From a virus (lineage: Duplodnaviria > Heunggongvirae > Uroviricota > Caudoviricetes), in IMG/VR virus record IMGVR_UViG_3300021387_000529, positions 154,811-218,810 of that record: a DNA stretch of 64,000 bases. One strand, given 5' to 3'. Position numbers and translations under genes: made by a program. Each line of letters begins with the position of its first letter. Positions within the stretch are counted from its first letter, which is position 1. Positions 18,901 through 27,183 of the stretch are shown piece by piece. Under the pieces are notes generated by a model that was not told the origin of the DNA, did no database searches, and saw only the letters and a list, made by a program, of their open reading frames with translations.

Positions 18901-21000
18901 GGTGTAAATGCACTTGTAATTTCTGATGGTGAAGAAAGAACAAAGAAACTTACTGTTGCTGGTAAGACAACAGTTCTTCTTCTTCCACAATACAGCAGAT
19001 ATGAGCTTACTGTTGAGGATGATGCTGAAATCACATTCTCAAATGTTCAAGACAAAGAATATACAATTTTCATTGACCAGAATGAGGAAGCTAAAAACGT
19101 TAAAATTGCTAATGCTTCAGCAAATAATAGCGTTGAGTTTACAACAGGTCTTGAAAATCAAAAACCAATGATGAGAACAATCCTCAAAATTAGAGGAAAT
19201 GATGACTTCACAGAGGATGCAATCATTGTTGAAGAAGTAATCTATGGTGTTTCAAATGGAACATTGATTGGAAGCACAATTCCAGTTCGTATGTATGATA
19301 CTTTGAAAGAATGCTACGGTGTTGATATGTCAGCTCTTTGTGTAAATGCAAATGACACTTCAGCTGTTGTTGGTGGCAACCTTGTATTGAATCCAAAAAT
19401 TCTTACTGGTTGGGCACATAATGATAAAGGTGCAGACTATGAAGTTATTGCTTCTGATGGTACAGTTATTGGTGAAGGTAATTGCGATGAAGAGACAATC
19501 TTCAAAGTTCCAGAGACATTGAAAGCAGACTACATTGGCGTTTATTTCAAAGTTAAGCCACAGATTGCAACAATCATGATTGATGATATGTATGCTCCAT
19601 ATGTTGTTGAGTCTTCTAAGAGTGGTTTCGTGAAAGTTCAGGCCTACTATGGTACTGCTGACATTTCATTTGACATGGAAGAAGGTTATTCTTTGTATGG
19701 TTTGAAAAACCCACAGAGAAGCGAAATCTATCAGGGAACGCTTCCTTATACATTCCAGGTTGCAGCTGATGCTTCACGTAAAGACTTTGACTTGAAGATT
19801 GAGCCAAGATTCTACAGAGACTTCAGCGACTTTGCTTTGAAAGTTGTTTCAGATGGTGACTTTAACAAAGAGAAATCTGCATTTGTTGGAAATAACAAAT
19901 TCAAAGTTGAGCCTCTTTATACAAAAGATGCTGATGCAAACTTTGGTGTTCTTTACACTGCAGCTCCAATCACATTTGTTGGTCCTGAAGGCGTAACTGG
20001 TTCAGTAGACTTTGTTGATGCTGGAAAAACACAAGAAGCAACTTTGAATATCTCTTCTGATTTTACTAACAAATATGTAAACCTTGAGTTTGCAATTGCT
20101 GGCGACCATGAGAATGTTACAAAGAAGTTCTTCATCACAACTGATGGCGCAAGTGGCGAGATTGTTGGTTCAAATGTTCTTGACAAACTTGCAGGTGAAA
20201 CAAAGACATTTGACTTTGAATACAACACATTCAATGCTGAAGATATTGAAGGTGAATGGTCAGTTTCTGACAGCAGCATTATTTCAATTGTTGAGCAATC
20301 ACTTGATGGTGACACACCAAAAGTTAAAGTTCAAATTAAGAAAAATGGTGTTGCTTCACTCATTTTCAAGACAAACAACTTTGGTTGCGTAACAAAACTT
20401 TTGGTTGAGTCAAGAGTTCATGCGGCTTCTGTAAAATGTGACAACATTTCAGTAACACTCGATTCAACAAGAATTATGCCACCAGTAAGGTTCTACGATG
20501 TTGACGGAAATGAGATTGGCGCAGCAGATGTATATGACTCAACAGGTGTATACAAAGTAGTTGACGAAGGTGAAACTTACTTGAATGATGAATATGGTGA
20601 TTATTTGAACGTAAGAAGGGGACCATTCCCAAGTGGTGTAACTTCTAAAACAGAACAATTCAAATATGTCTCAAATGATGCATTTGTTGAAGAGTCTATC
20701 CCAGGCACTGCAACAATTACTGGTAAAAAATATAGAGTTTCAATTGACTGGTCTGCTAAAGACACAAAGATTGACTCTCTTACATTGTACACTGCTGATG
20801 GTGTTTCTAAGAACGGAAATGCTTTCGTTGTAGGTGGTACAACAGTAAGCATTATCATCAAGCTTGTTGATGGAAGCACATTTACAAATACAGCTCCACT
20901 TGAAGCTGCTTTCGAAGAGTTTGAAGTTACAGATTCAAGAAATGGCTACTTCAGTGCAAGAGCAGTAATGCCAACAAACGCTGTAAATGTAAGCCTTTAA
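15991..21000 (+). CDS. Giant tail fibre / receptor-binding protein (1669 aa; start revised from 15934)
   Basis: RBS taggag before the ATG at 15991. Contains WSDW motif, HTNDSIIHVTQEEKDKW and HISDDDKHITAEER fibre repeats, coiled coils and C-terminal Ig-like beta domains. Confidence 0.7.
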   Translation: MAKEIFPKSVFENQTNGTVFYREGKLNDPMMPNTPNMAGIFESWRYSFDSGKQIFRAEAESPDKHGKVMERRLIKDKFGNPHWSDWVEISSGEAHGIQAIAINDRPLLLPNADGAIKLMITPQMIGTLTASEILSLVRDTVADNYSENYIYVKWDNSCETPYEVINKAFPNGGTEGKYYLVEAKPEEGVVHNSTYFVYEQTGATTNHGGYDFIKVEAPADLGAFVSYSVFNEHTNDSIIHVTQEEKDKWNSSSNISDGIEVKLDEIRSTIETNKTTIENSIGDVKRDLEGKIAAVKNELTERMENGFASAASEIERLVDETRDRIEAHISDDDKHITAEERSRIASMYATVGNIPTGEDRYILENGRFVHSFEQIAKENSTVKTEEFTINENFHRFKYWTNKEYIITKDKKFVEYIENIISGNNFIDECFIEMAGLKVRNGKFKIVASTGFSTDWYSDGATSITRIKIPLTHTADSAIADATPDSIFFVLDNDETVVETSSVRVYVRYSKKSAVQIGDPTKALPLNMVGPDNAVPTYNGKPLNELYGGAQWKDIVGDINLNEALDKKLADALNKTVKIANENDQLRYDVFRDGLIRSICQQTGDLEEKTFEMKAPSGKYLEGQALFEGIRDKFAEIEAQGYIIQSCKVDIEHASTYQNEKGEEIPLYFKTDNGAIDQSVAFSGTFNWNWPGKTFESFDKIILGNGSEYITNPKFIIKTVKFGDVEIGLLNELTKKYYNATLKAEKFAVEADEIELGSENTPVKVHGQEADERYASRELFEQECEARAEADLKNAEIAAQATTALKGEFESKVAEISDKVDEFINNAEDYKAEVAEETEERKRADEALAAVIDTAKAEIDALKETTAKKEDLKKYEKTFNVENFDLIIDSNEKLLETLKDGTFENSKTILFRAGNYSLQGDEIADVRIDFSKIVYIKGERLTSVDLSAGNPPIENTFDTTEFEGINFEVGSGVNALVISDGEERTKKLTVAGKTTVLLLPQYSRYELTVEDDAEITFSNVQDKEYTIFIDQNEEAKNVKIANASANNSVEFTTGLENQKPMMRTILKIRGNDDFTEDAIIVEEVIYGVSNGTLIGSTIPVRMYDTLKECYGVDMSALCVNANDTSAVVGGNLVLNPKILTGWAHNDKGADYEVIASDGTVIGEGNCDEETIFKVPETLKADYIGVYFKVKPQIATIMIDDMYAPYVVESSKSGFVKVQAYYGTADISFDMEEGYSLYGLKNPQRSEIYQGTLPYTFQVAADASRKDFDLKIEPRFYRDFSDFALKVVSDGDFNKEKSAFVGNNKFKVEPLYTKDADANFGVLYTAAPITFVGPEGVTGSVDFVDAGKTQEATLNISSDFTNKYVNLEFAIAGDHENVTKKFFITTDGASGEIVGSNVLDKLAGETKTFDFEYNTFNAEDIEGEWSVSDSSIISIVEQSLDGDTPKVKVQIKKNGVASLIFKTNNFGCVTKLLVESRVHAASVKCDNISVTLDSTRIMPPVRFYDVDGNEIGAADVYDSTGVYKVVDEGETYLNDEYGDYLNVRRGPFPSGVTSKTEQFKYVSNDAFVEESIPGTATITGKKYRVSIDWSAKDTKIDSLTLYTADGVSKNGNAFVVGGTTVSIIIKLVDGSTFTNTAPLEAAFEEFEVTDSRNGYFSARAVMPTNAVNVSL

Positions 21001-21028
21001 TAAGCAACCACTAAATAAATAACAATGG

Positions 21029-21054
21029 CCTGAGGGTGAAAGCCCTCAGGTTTT
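21029..21054 (+). terminator. Stable hairpin / probable terminator
   Basis: CCTGAGGG-tgaaag-CCCTCAGG-TTTT between two fibre genes. Confidence 0.6.
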
Positions 21055-21072
21055 ATAGGAGATTTTCTATAT

Positions 21073-24000
21073 ATGAGTTACAAGTTAACTGAAGCTGAGC
21101 GTAAACACGTTGCGGCTGTTGAAGACACAAAAGTTTTCCTTACTGCAGACCATGTAGAAGGACGAACACCAAGCATTAAGCTTCACATCACAGATGAGGA
21201 TAAACTTAACCATGAAGTTGAGCTTCCTTCATATGCATTCTACTGTGATAAAAATGATGATGCTGTTTCAAAGATTCGTATTAAAGACGAAGTAAATGGT
21301 GAAGAAATTGAATGCAAAGGATATGATGGCAAAGGTATTGGTTGGCGCTATCGTATTACATTCCTTAAAAGGGAAGACACAGACTATGTTGAGGCTATCA
21401 AACTTATTTGTGAGAATGACCCTGCTAAGTCTGTAACAATGACATTTAACAAAATGGCAGCTCTTACTTTGGAAGGACTTACTGTTGATGGTGGTTCAAC
21501 TTTCAAATCAAATGCTGTATTTGAAAAAAGTGTAAATGTCGGCGAAAATTTGAATGTAACAGGTGATGTAACTGCTGAAAACGCTCGTATTGAAAAAGAC
21601 TTGACAGCAAATGCAATCACTTCTAAAGATACACAGACAGACATGCTCCATACAAAGAGCGCTTCATTCAAAAACACTGGTGATGAGCTCGGAACAGTTG
21701 AGTTCAAAAATGAGCATATCGTAATTGATGAAAGCAATGATGTTGAAATTGCAAAAGCAAAAATCAATGAAGTTGAAGCTTCAAAGGTAAACTCTAATGA
21801 GGTAGAAGCTAATTCACTTAAAGCAAAGTCAACTGAAGTTGAGTCACTTAATGTTTTAGGTGGTTCTACACTATCTGGTCCTGTAACTGGAAATAAAGCA
21901 AAATTCGTAAATGGTGAGTTTGATACACTTAAGTCTGAAACAGCAACAGCTGACCAAGCTGCAATTGATAAGCTCACTGTAAGCAAGAAAATTTTGACTG
22001 TTGAAGACTCTACTGCAGAGTTCAAAGGTGAAACAAACTTGCTTGGAAAAACAAAAGTTGCTGATGAATATGTTCAAGAGTCAGAAATTGCTCATACTTC
22101 AGTTAGCAATGCAGATATTGATAACGAAGCTGTTAAAACTTCTACAATTAGAGATCTTACTGTTGTAGACGAAGTTGTTGAAAACCTTAAATTGACAGGT
22201 GCAATGACAACTGCTGATGGCAAAAATATCTTCAAAGTAAATGGTGACACAGATGTTGAGCTTGGCGATGGAGATAAGAGACTTGTTATTAAGTCTGCTG
22301 GAATTGGCGAAATTGATGATGAAAACCATTTCCATATTGAAGCTGAAATTGATGGAAAGTCAACAATGTTGTTGACAACTGAAGATGCTTCAAAATTTGG
22401 TCTTGATAATGTTGTTGATAAAACTTCTAACCAGCAAATTAACGGTATTAAGCAGTTCAATAACACACTTTTTGCAAATGACGCAATTGTTGCTAAACAT
22501 CGTGACTATTCAAATGGATATTCTGAAAAAAACAGAAATATCGTTTATCGTGGTCCAGACCTCAATGATAAGTCTACTACATCATATTGGCTTGACAATC
22601 CTGCTTATGCTGAAGCACAGGCAGAAAAAGACGCTTATGATGAGTCTTCACAGAAATATTCAGATGCTGTTATCGCTGCAAATGCAATGAATAACGCTTT
22701 CAGAATTGCAAAAAGAGCTGAAACTAACGTAAAAGACACAATTCTTGAAAATGTCAAAAATGATGCATACCGGATGCTTGTCATACCTGGTGATGAGATT
22801 AGCATCAACACTTCAAAAATTGTTGATGACCCTGCTGCTATTGCAAATACAGCAAGTTCTTTGAATGCAAAAGCACGTGCTCTTAAACAGATTTTGGCTT
22901 CAAACATTGGTTTGAATTATAACACTTACAAAGTTTATCCTCTTCAGACTGTAATCGATGCTTATAATAGTACACAAGCAGAAGAAAACCATATTGCTCT
23001 TACAAGAGGTGAAAATCTTGTTTTTGATGGATATGAAACAGATGTAGCTCTTATCAGTGATGAAACATTTGCAAAGATTGACTCAGTTTATGATGTTGCT
23101 GTAAACTCAGCCGCAATTGATGTAAGCGCACAGAACTATCTTCAGAGAATTTACGATGTTCTTACAAAAGAGAATATTGAAAGCGTTATTGATGCAATCA
23201 ATAGAAAAATTGATGAATTCCCTGTTTTGAAAGCTTTCATAAGAAATGACTTTGGCCAGATTAAAGACGTTACATCATTCTTCTCATATTGTGACAGTCT
23301 TAGTCAGGAAGGAAACGCAGCAATGAAAGTTATTGACACTTATGTTGCTGCTGTTACAGCTGACCCATCATTGAAAGGTGCCGCACTTTGGGATAATCAG
23401 ACATCTCATGAAGACGGTATTTATTCAACACTTGAGCCTGGTGTTTACAATGTTGTTACAACAGTAAGTGTTCCATTGCTTGGTGAAATCAATGTAGTTT
23501 TGACTGGAGTTGGGTACAGCTACAATGGTACAGATGAGTCAAAAATCACTCAGTACAGTGAAAAAGGTCTTACAAGCAAAAATATCAACAATTATAGCCA
23601 CCTTTCAAACAGCTATAAAAATGCATTGAAGTGCCTTACTGGAAATATTCCTACAGCTGTAGCGAACCTTAAGAAAATTGCCGACTTGTCAAGAGTAATT
23701 GATGACCTTCCAAATGAGGATGTCAGACTTGCAATCACAGCTTCAGACTTTGATGCAGTTGTTGATGAACTTTATGGCTCACTTTCAAGCAATTTCAAAA
23801 ACGTTATTGCAAAAACTGATGTTGTAACTGCAGTTGAAAATGCTATTGATGAAGTTAAAACAGACTTTGGAATGGTTTCTTCAGGTGAAGCAGATAATAT
23901 CATTCTTACTTCACTTTTGCACACATGCAGTGATGTAGATGCACTTATCAGTGGAACAGAAATTATTGATATGGCAGTTAGCAATGAAGACCCTGAAGCT

Positions 24001-25248
24001 CTTTATAACACATATCTTTCAACAGTTGATGCTCTTACTACAGCAATCGCAAACTTCAACGCAAAGTCTGCAGTTTATGCTGAAGATGAATATATGAAGT
24101 CAGCAAATGAGTCTTCTGGTACAATTTACAGACATGAAGACAAAACTTCTGAAGACTTGACTTTCGACACAAGAAACATCTATGCTCCTGAAAGAACAGT
24201 TACAGTTGAGTTGTTCCGTACTGGAAATATTGTTGAAAAATACATCAATCCAGAAGTAAACACAGTTCTTAATTTCGGTAACCCGGATGATGAGCTTTCA
24301 TTTATGGGAGCTGCTAATTCAGATGGTGATGAGCATATTCTTGCAACAATCGGTGGACACGTACACCAGGTTGCATATCTCGACGACTTCAAAGACAGCC
24401 ACCTTGAAAACCTTGATGGTGTTGCTAAAGGCGTTAAAATCATCGAAGAAGATGAGACACACAACGTATCAGTTGTAACTGATAAAGAGCTCAAGACTGT
24501 ATACACTTCTGCAGAAATTGCTAAAGGCGCATATGGAGTTTCTGAAAAAGAAGGCGGCACACACCTCATTGACTTCGTTGCTGGCAACGGTATTGAAATC
24601 AAAAATGAAAGAGGTAAGGTAAAAATCTCTGCTGATAAGTTCGATGTTGTTGACAACAAAGATGGAACAATCAGCCTTGGAAGCGCAGCTGGAAAGACAA
24701 ACTTCACTTCATCACATGGTGACCTTACATTTGAAAAGAATGGTAATGATGTTGATGTAAACTTGACAAATATCTACACAAAAGATAAGTTCAAGACTAA
24801 TGAAATTTTGTCAGACTATGAAAACCTCACTGCAACTGAAGCAAATAACAAAGCTCTTGCAAAAGCGCTCGATGTTAAAGCTGTTCGTGATGAACTCAAA
24901 ACAGTTGCTATCAACACTCAGACTTCTTTGGACACACGTGTTCCTTCAGCTCCACGCCATACAGGTTCATATATGTTGAATGCTGTAGTTCTTGCAAGTG
25001 AGCCTGATGAGAATGGAAATGTTGAGATGACATCTAAATATGCTTGGAATGGTGCAATCATGCTTCCAGACACAAGTGAAGATGCACGAGATGATTTAGG
25101 TAATCCACTTGTTGTAAGTCCAGATGCTGGCGATGACGTTGTTGAATACGGCTTGAAGATGCGTATCATCAATCAGCGTATAAAATATGCTGATGGTTCA
25201 GAGAAAATAGAAAGAGTTCCTATTCTTACTTGGTCTCGCTTGAACTAA
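21073..25248 (+). CDS. Long tail fibre-like protein (1391 aa)
   Basis: Beta-repeat shaft (GGSTFKSNAVFEKSVNVGENLNVTGDV), DKTSNQQINGIKQF motif, DFVAGNGIEI neck-like motif, large central helical region. Confidence 0.7.
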   Translation: MSYKLTEAERKHVAAVEDTKVFLTADHVEGRTPSIKLHITDEDKLNHEVELPSYAFYCDKNDDAVSKIRIKDEVNGEEIECKGYDGKGIGWRYRITFLKREDTDYVEAIKLICENDPAKSVTMTFNKMAALTLEGLTVDGGSTFKSNAVFEKSVNVGENLNVTGDVTAENARIEKDLTANAITSKDTQTDMLHTKSASFKNTGDELGTVEFKNEHIVIDESNDVEIAKAKINEVEASKVNSNEVEANSLKAKSTEVESLNVLGGSTLSGPVTGNKAKFVNGEFDTLKSETATADQAAIDKLTVSKKILTVEDSTAEFKGETNLLGKTKVADEYVQESEIAHTSVSNADIDNEAVKTSTIRDLTVVDEVVENLKLTGAMTTADGKNIFKVNGDTDVELGDGDKRLVIKSAGIGEIDDENHFHIEAEIDGKSTMLLTTEDASKFGLDNVVDKTSNQQINGIKQFNNTLFANDAIVAKHRDYSNGYSEKNRNIVYRGPDLNDKSTTSYWLDNPAYAEAQAEKDAYDESSQKYSDAVIAANAMNNAFRIAKRAETNVKDTILENVKNDAYRMLVIPGDEISINTSKIVDDPAAIANTASSLNAKARALKQILASNIGLNYNTYKVYPLQTVIDAYNSTQAEENHIALTRGENLVFDGYETDVALISDETFAKIDSVYDVAVNSAAIDVSAQNYLQRIYDVLTKENIESVIDAINRKIDEFPVLKAFIRNDFGQIKDVTSFFSYCDSLSQEGNAAMKVIDTYVAAVTADPSLKGAALWDNQTSHEDGIYSTLEPGVYNVVTTVSVPLLGEINVVLTGVGYSYNGTDESKITQYSEKGLTSKNINNYSHLSNSYKNALKCLTGNIPTAVANLKKIADLSRVIDDLPNEDVRLAITASDFDAVVDELYGSLSSNFKNVIAKTDVVTAVENAIDEVKTDFGMVSSGEADNIILTSLLHTCSDVDALISGTEIIDMAVSNEDPEALYNTYLSTVDALTTAIANFNAKSAVYAEDEYMKSANESSGTIYRHEDKTSEDLTFDTRNIYAPERTVTVELFRTGNIVEKYINPEVNTVLNFGNPDDELSFMGAANSDGDEHILATIGGHVHQVAYLDDFKDSHLENLDGVAKGVKIIEEDETHNVSVVTDKELKTVYTSAEIAKGAYGVSEKEGGTHLIDFVAGNGIEIKNERGKVKISADKFDVVDNKDGTISLGSAAGKTNFTSSHGDLTFEKNGNDVDVNLTNIYTKDKFKTNEILSDYENLTATEANNKALAKALDVKAVRDELKTVAINTQTSLDTRVPSAPRHTGSYMLNAVVLASEPDENGNVEMTSKYAWNGAIMLPDTSEDARDDLGNPLVVSPDAGDDVVEYGLKMRIINQRIKYADGSEKIERVPILTWSRLN

Positions 25249-25269
25249 TGTAAAAAACTCATCATTATG

Positions 25270-25302
25270 AAAATATGGGAACGCAAGTTCCCATATTTTT
25301 TT
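25270..25302 (+). terminator. Intrinsic terminator
   Basis: AAATATGGGAAC-gcaa-GTTCCCATATTT followed by a T-tract. Confidence 0.85.
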
Positions 25303-25341
25303 GAAAATTTTGACTATTTATATTGTAGGAGATTTTTATTA

Positions 25342-27129
25342 ATGGCTGATACAAGAGCAACTGACATAGAAGATGTTACAGACTATGTTGAAAAAACCAA
25401 TACAAGTAAATACACAACACTCGAAAATGGTTTCGAAGTTGGGTACGAAAAATATATTATGAATGTGAACTCGCAAGAAGCTTCAAATGATAATGAAATT
25501 CGTGAAGTTATTGAGTCAGTTCCAGAAGCTATTTATAAAGAAAAGAAAAACACAAACAAAAAATCAAAAATTATTAAAGAATGCCGCACTGATAAAGAGG
25601 ACATCCATAATAAAACTTTGATTTCATATGAAGAGACTTTACATCAAATTGATGAAGAAGCACAGATGCGTGCTCAATGTGATGAGTCTATTGTTGGACA
25701 CAATACTGACTATTTGACAGAAAATACAATTGACTACGCTGACAGTGAGCATGATATTGCAACTTATGAAAATTTTAAGCCAGCAACAAATCAAGGTTTG
25801 ACAAATACACTTAAAACTTTGTTTACAACTGACCAGAATGATGATGGCGAATTAAGACTTGATGCTCATACGCCTGTAAATGAAAGAATTTATGAAACAT
25901 CAAATGAATTGATGAACTATACAAACAAAGTTTCTGAAGGTGTTATTGCTTTAGCATCTGCTTTGAAAGAAACTGTTGGCGTAGACCTTGATACTGAAAT
26001 GGCTAAAACGTCATTCCAATCAGTTGAAAATACACTTACTGGAGAATATATTTCAAAGTTTGTGAATAACACAAATCTTGAAAGAGATGTATATGACCTT
26101 GAAAAAGGTAAGGCACATATTAAAGAGCAGACAATCGTAGACTACATAAACGCAATTACAAACGCTCTTCTTGATTATGTCTCTGACCATGAAAATACTA
26201 AACTTTCAAGAAATGTGTATGACCTTGAAGAAGGAAGAACATCGATTGAAAAAATTAAAGTTAAAGACTACATTGATGAATGTATTAATCAGGTTTTAGA
26301 CTATGTCAACAATCATGAAAATACAGTTCTTTCAAGAGAAGTATATAATATATCAGACACTAAGAAAACACAGGTAAGTAAAATCAAAGTTAAAGACTAC
26401 ATTGATGAATGCATCAACCAAATGCTTGATTATGTCTCTGACCATGGAAACACAATTTTAGAAAAAGACTTTTATGATGGTAAAAACACAAAAAGCACTG
26501 TAAGTGAAACAAAAGTTAAAGACTATGTTGACTCTTGCATTAGTAAAATTCTTGACTACGTCTCTAATAGCAATAATGCAGTTCTTACAAGACAGATTGT
26601 AGATGGCACAACAACTGTAGCAACAGTAAGTGAAACAAATGTTAAAGACTACATCGACTCTTGTATTGATAATGTCCTTAAATACATTTCTGCAAGTAAT
26701 CAGAAAATGGTTGAAGCAATTAATGCGCTTGCAGTAGATACAGCTGGTGTTTCAGACTTTGTTTCTTATGAAAGAGTTCTTAATGATAAAGCTGTTATTA
26801 CAACTAGAAAAAGTCTTAATCAGAATATCGATAGCAACTTCAAAGCTGTTACTGATGCTGTTAATGAACTTAAGAATGTTACAACTGGAGTCTCAACTTC
26901 ATCGTTTACTATTACTGAAAATGATGCAGGTCTTAATAAGATTGAGCATAATAAAAATACTGTTAGCCAATTTACAAGTGACAATGACTACACAGGCGAC
27001 AATATGCCTATCACAGCTGATAACCTTTATTCTTATGTTCGTAAGGCTGATAAAGCATTGTTTGCTCGTTCATCTAATGACAGTGAAGGTAAATCAGTTG
27101 GCGATATTATGTTCGTGTCTGAAAACTAA
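25342..27129 (+). CDS. Fibrous structural protein with five ~42-aa repeats (start revised from 25267)
   Basis: RBS taggag before the ATG at 25342. Contains KVKDYIDECI repeats and VEAINAL/TDAVNEL trimeric coiled-coil motifs. Confidence 0.65.
   Translation: MADTRATDIEDVTDYVEKTNTSKYTTLENGFEVGYEKYIMNVNSQEASNDNEIREVIESVPEAIYKEKKNTNKKSKIIKECRTDKEDIHNKTLISYEETLHQIDEEAQMRAQCDESIVGHNTDYLTENTIDYADSEHDIATYENFKPATNQGLTNTLKTLFTTDQNDDGELRLDAHTPVNERIYETSNELMNYTNKVSEGVIALASALKETVGVDLDTEMAKTSFQSVENTLTGEYISKFVNNTNLERDVYDLEKGKAHIKEQTIVDYINAITNALLDYVSDHENTKLSRNVYDLEEGRTSIEKIKVKDYIDECINQVLDYVNNHENTVLSREVYNISDTKKTQVSKIKVKDYIDECINQMLDYVSDHGNTILEKDFYDGKNTKSTVSETKVKDYVDSCISKILDYVSNSNNAVLTRQIVDGTTTVATVSETNVKDYIDSCIDNVLKYISASNQKMVEAINALAVDTAGVSDFVSYERVLNDKAVITTRKSLNQNIDSNFKAVTDAVNELKNVTTGVSTSSFTITENDAGLNKIEHNKNTVSQFTSDNDYTGDNMPITADNLYSYVRKADKALFARSSNDSEGKSVGDIMFVSEN
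26077..26700 (+). repeat. Five tandem ~126-bp coding repeats (42-43 aa)
   Basis: Consensus L-x-R-x-V-Y-D...K-V-K-D-Y-I-D-x-C-I-x-x-x-L-D-Y-V-S-x-x-x-N-T, read directly from the translation. Confidence 0.9.
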
Positions 27130-27183
27130 AAACATAAAGTGCGCAGCTTAAAAACTGTGCACACTTTCTTGGAGGAATAAAGA

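Noticed and set aside
26077-26700. CRISPR array or DGR template/variable repeat
   Set aside because: The repeats are in-frame, degenerate at synonymous positions and lack spacers. There is no reverse transcriptase or adenine-specific variation in the window.
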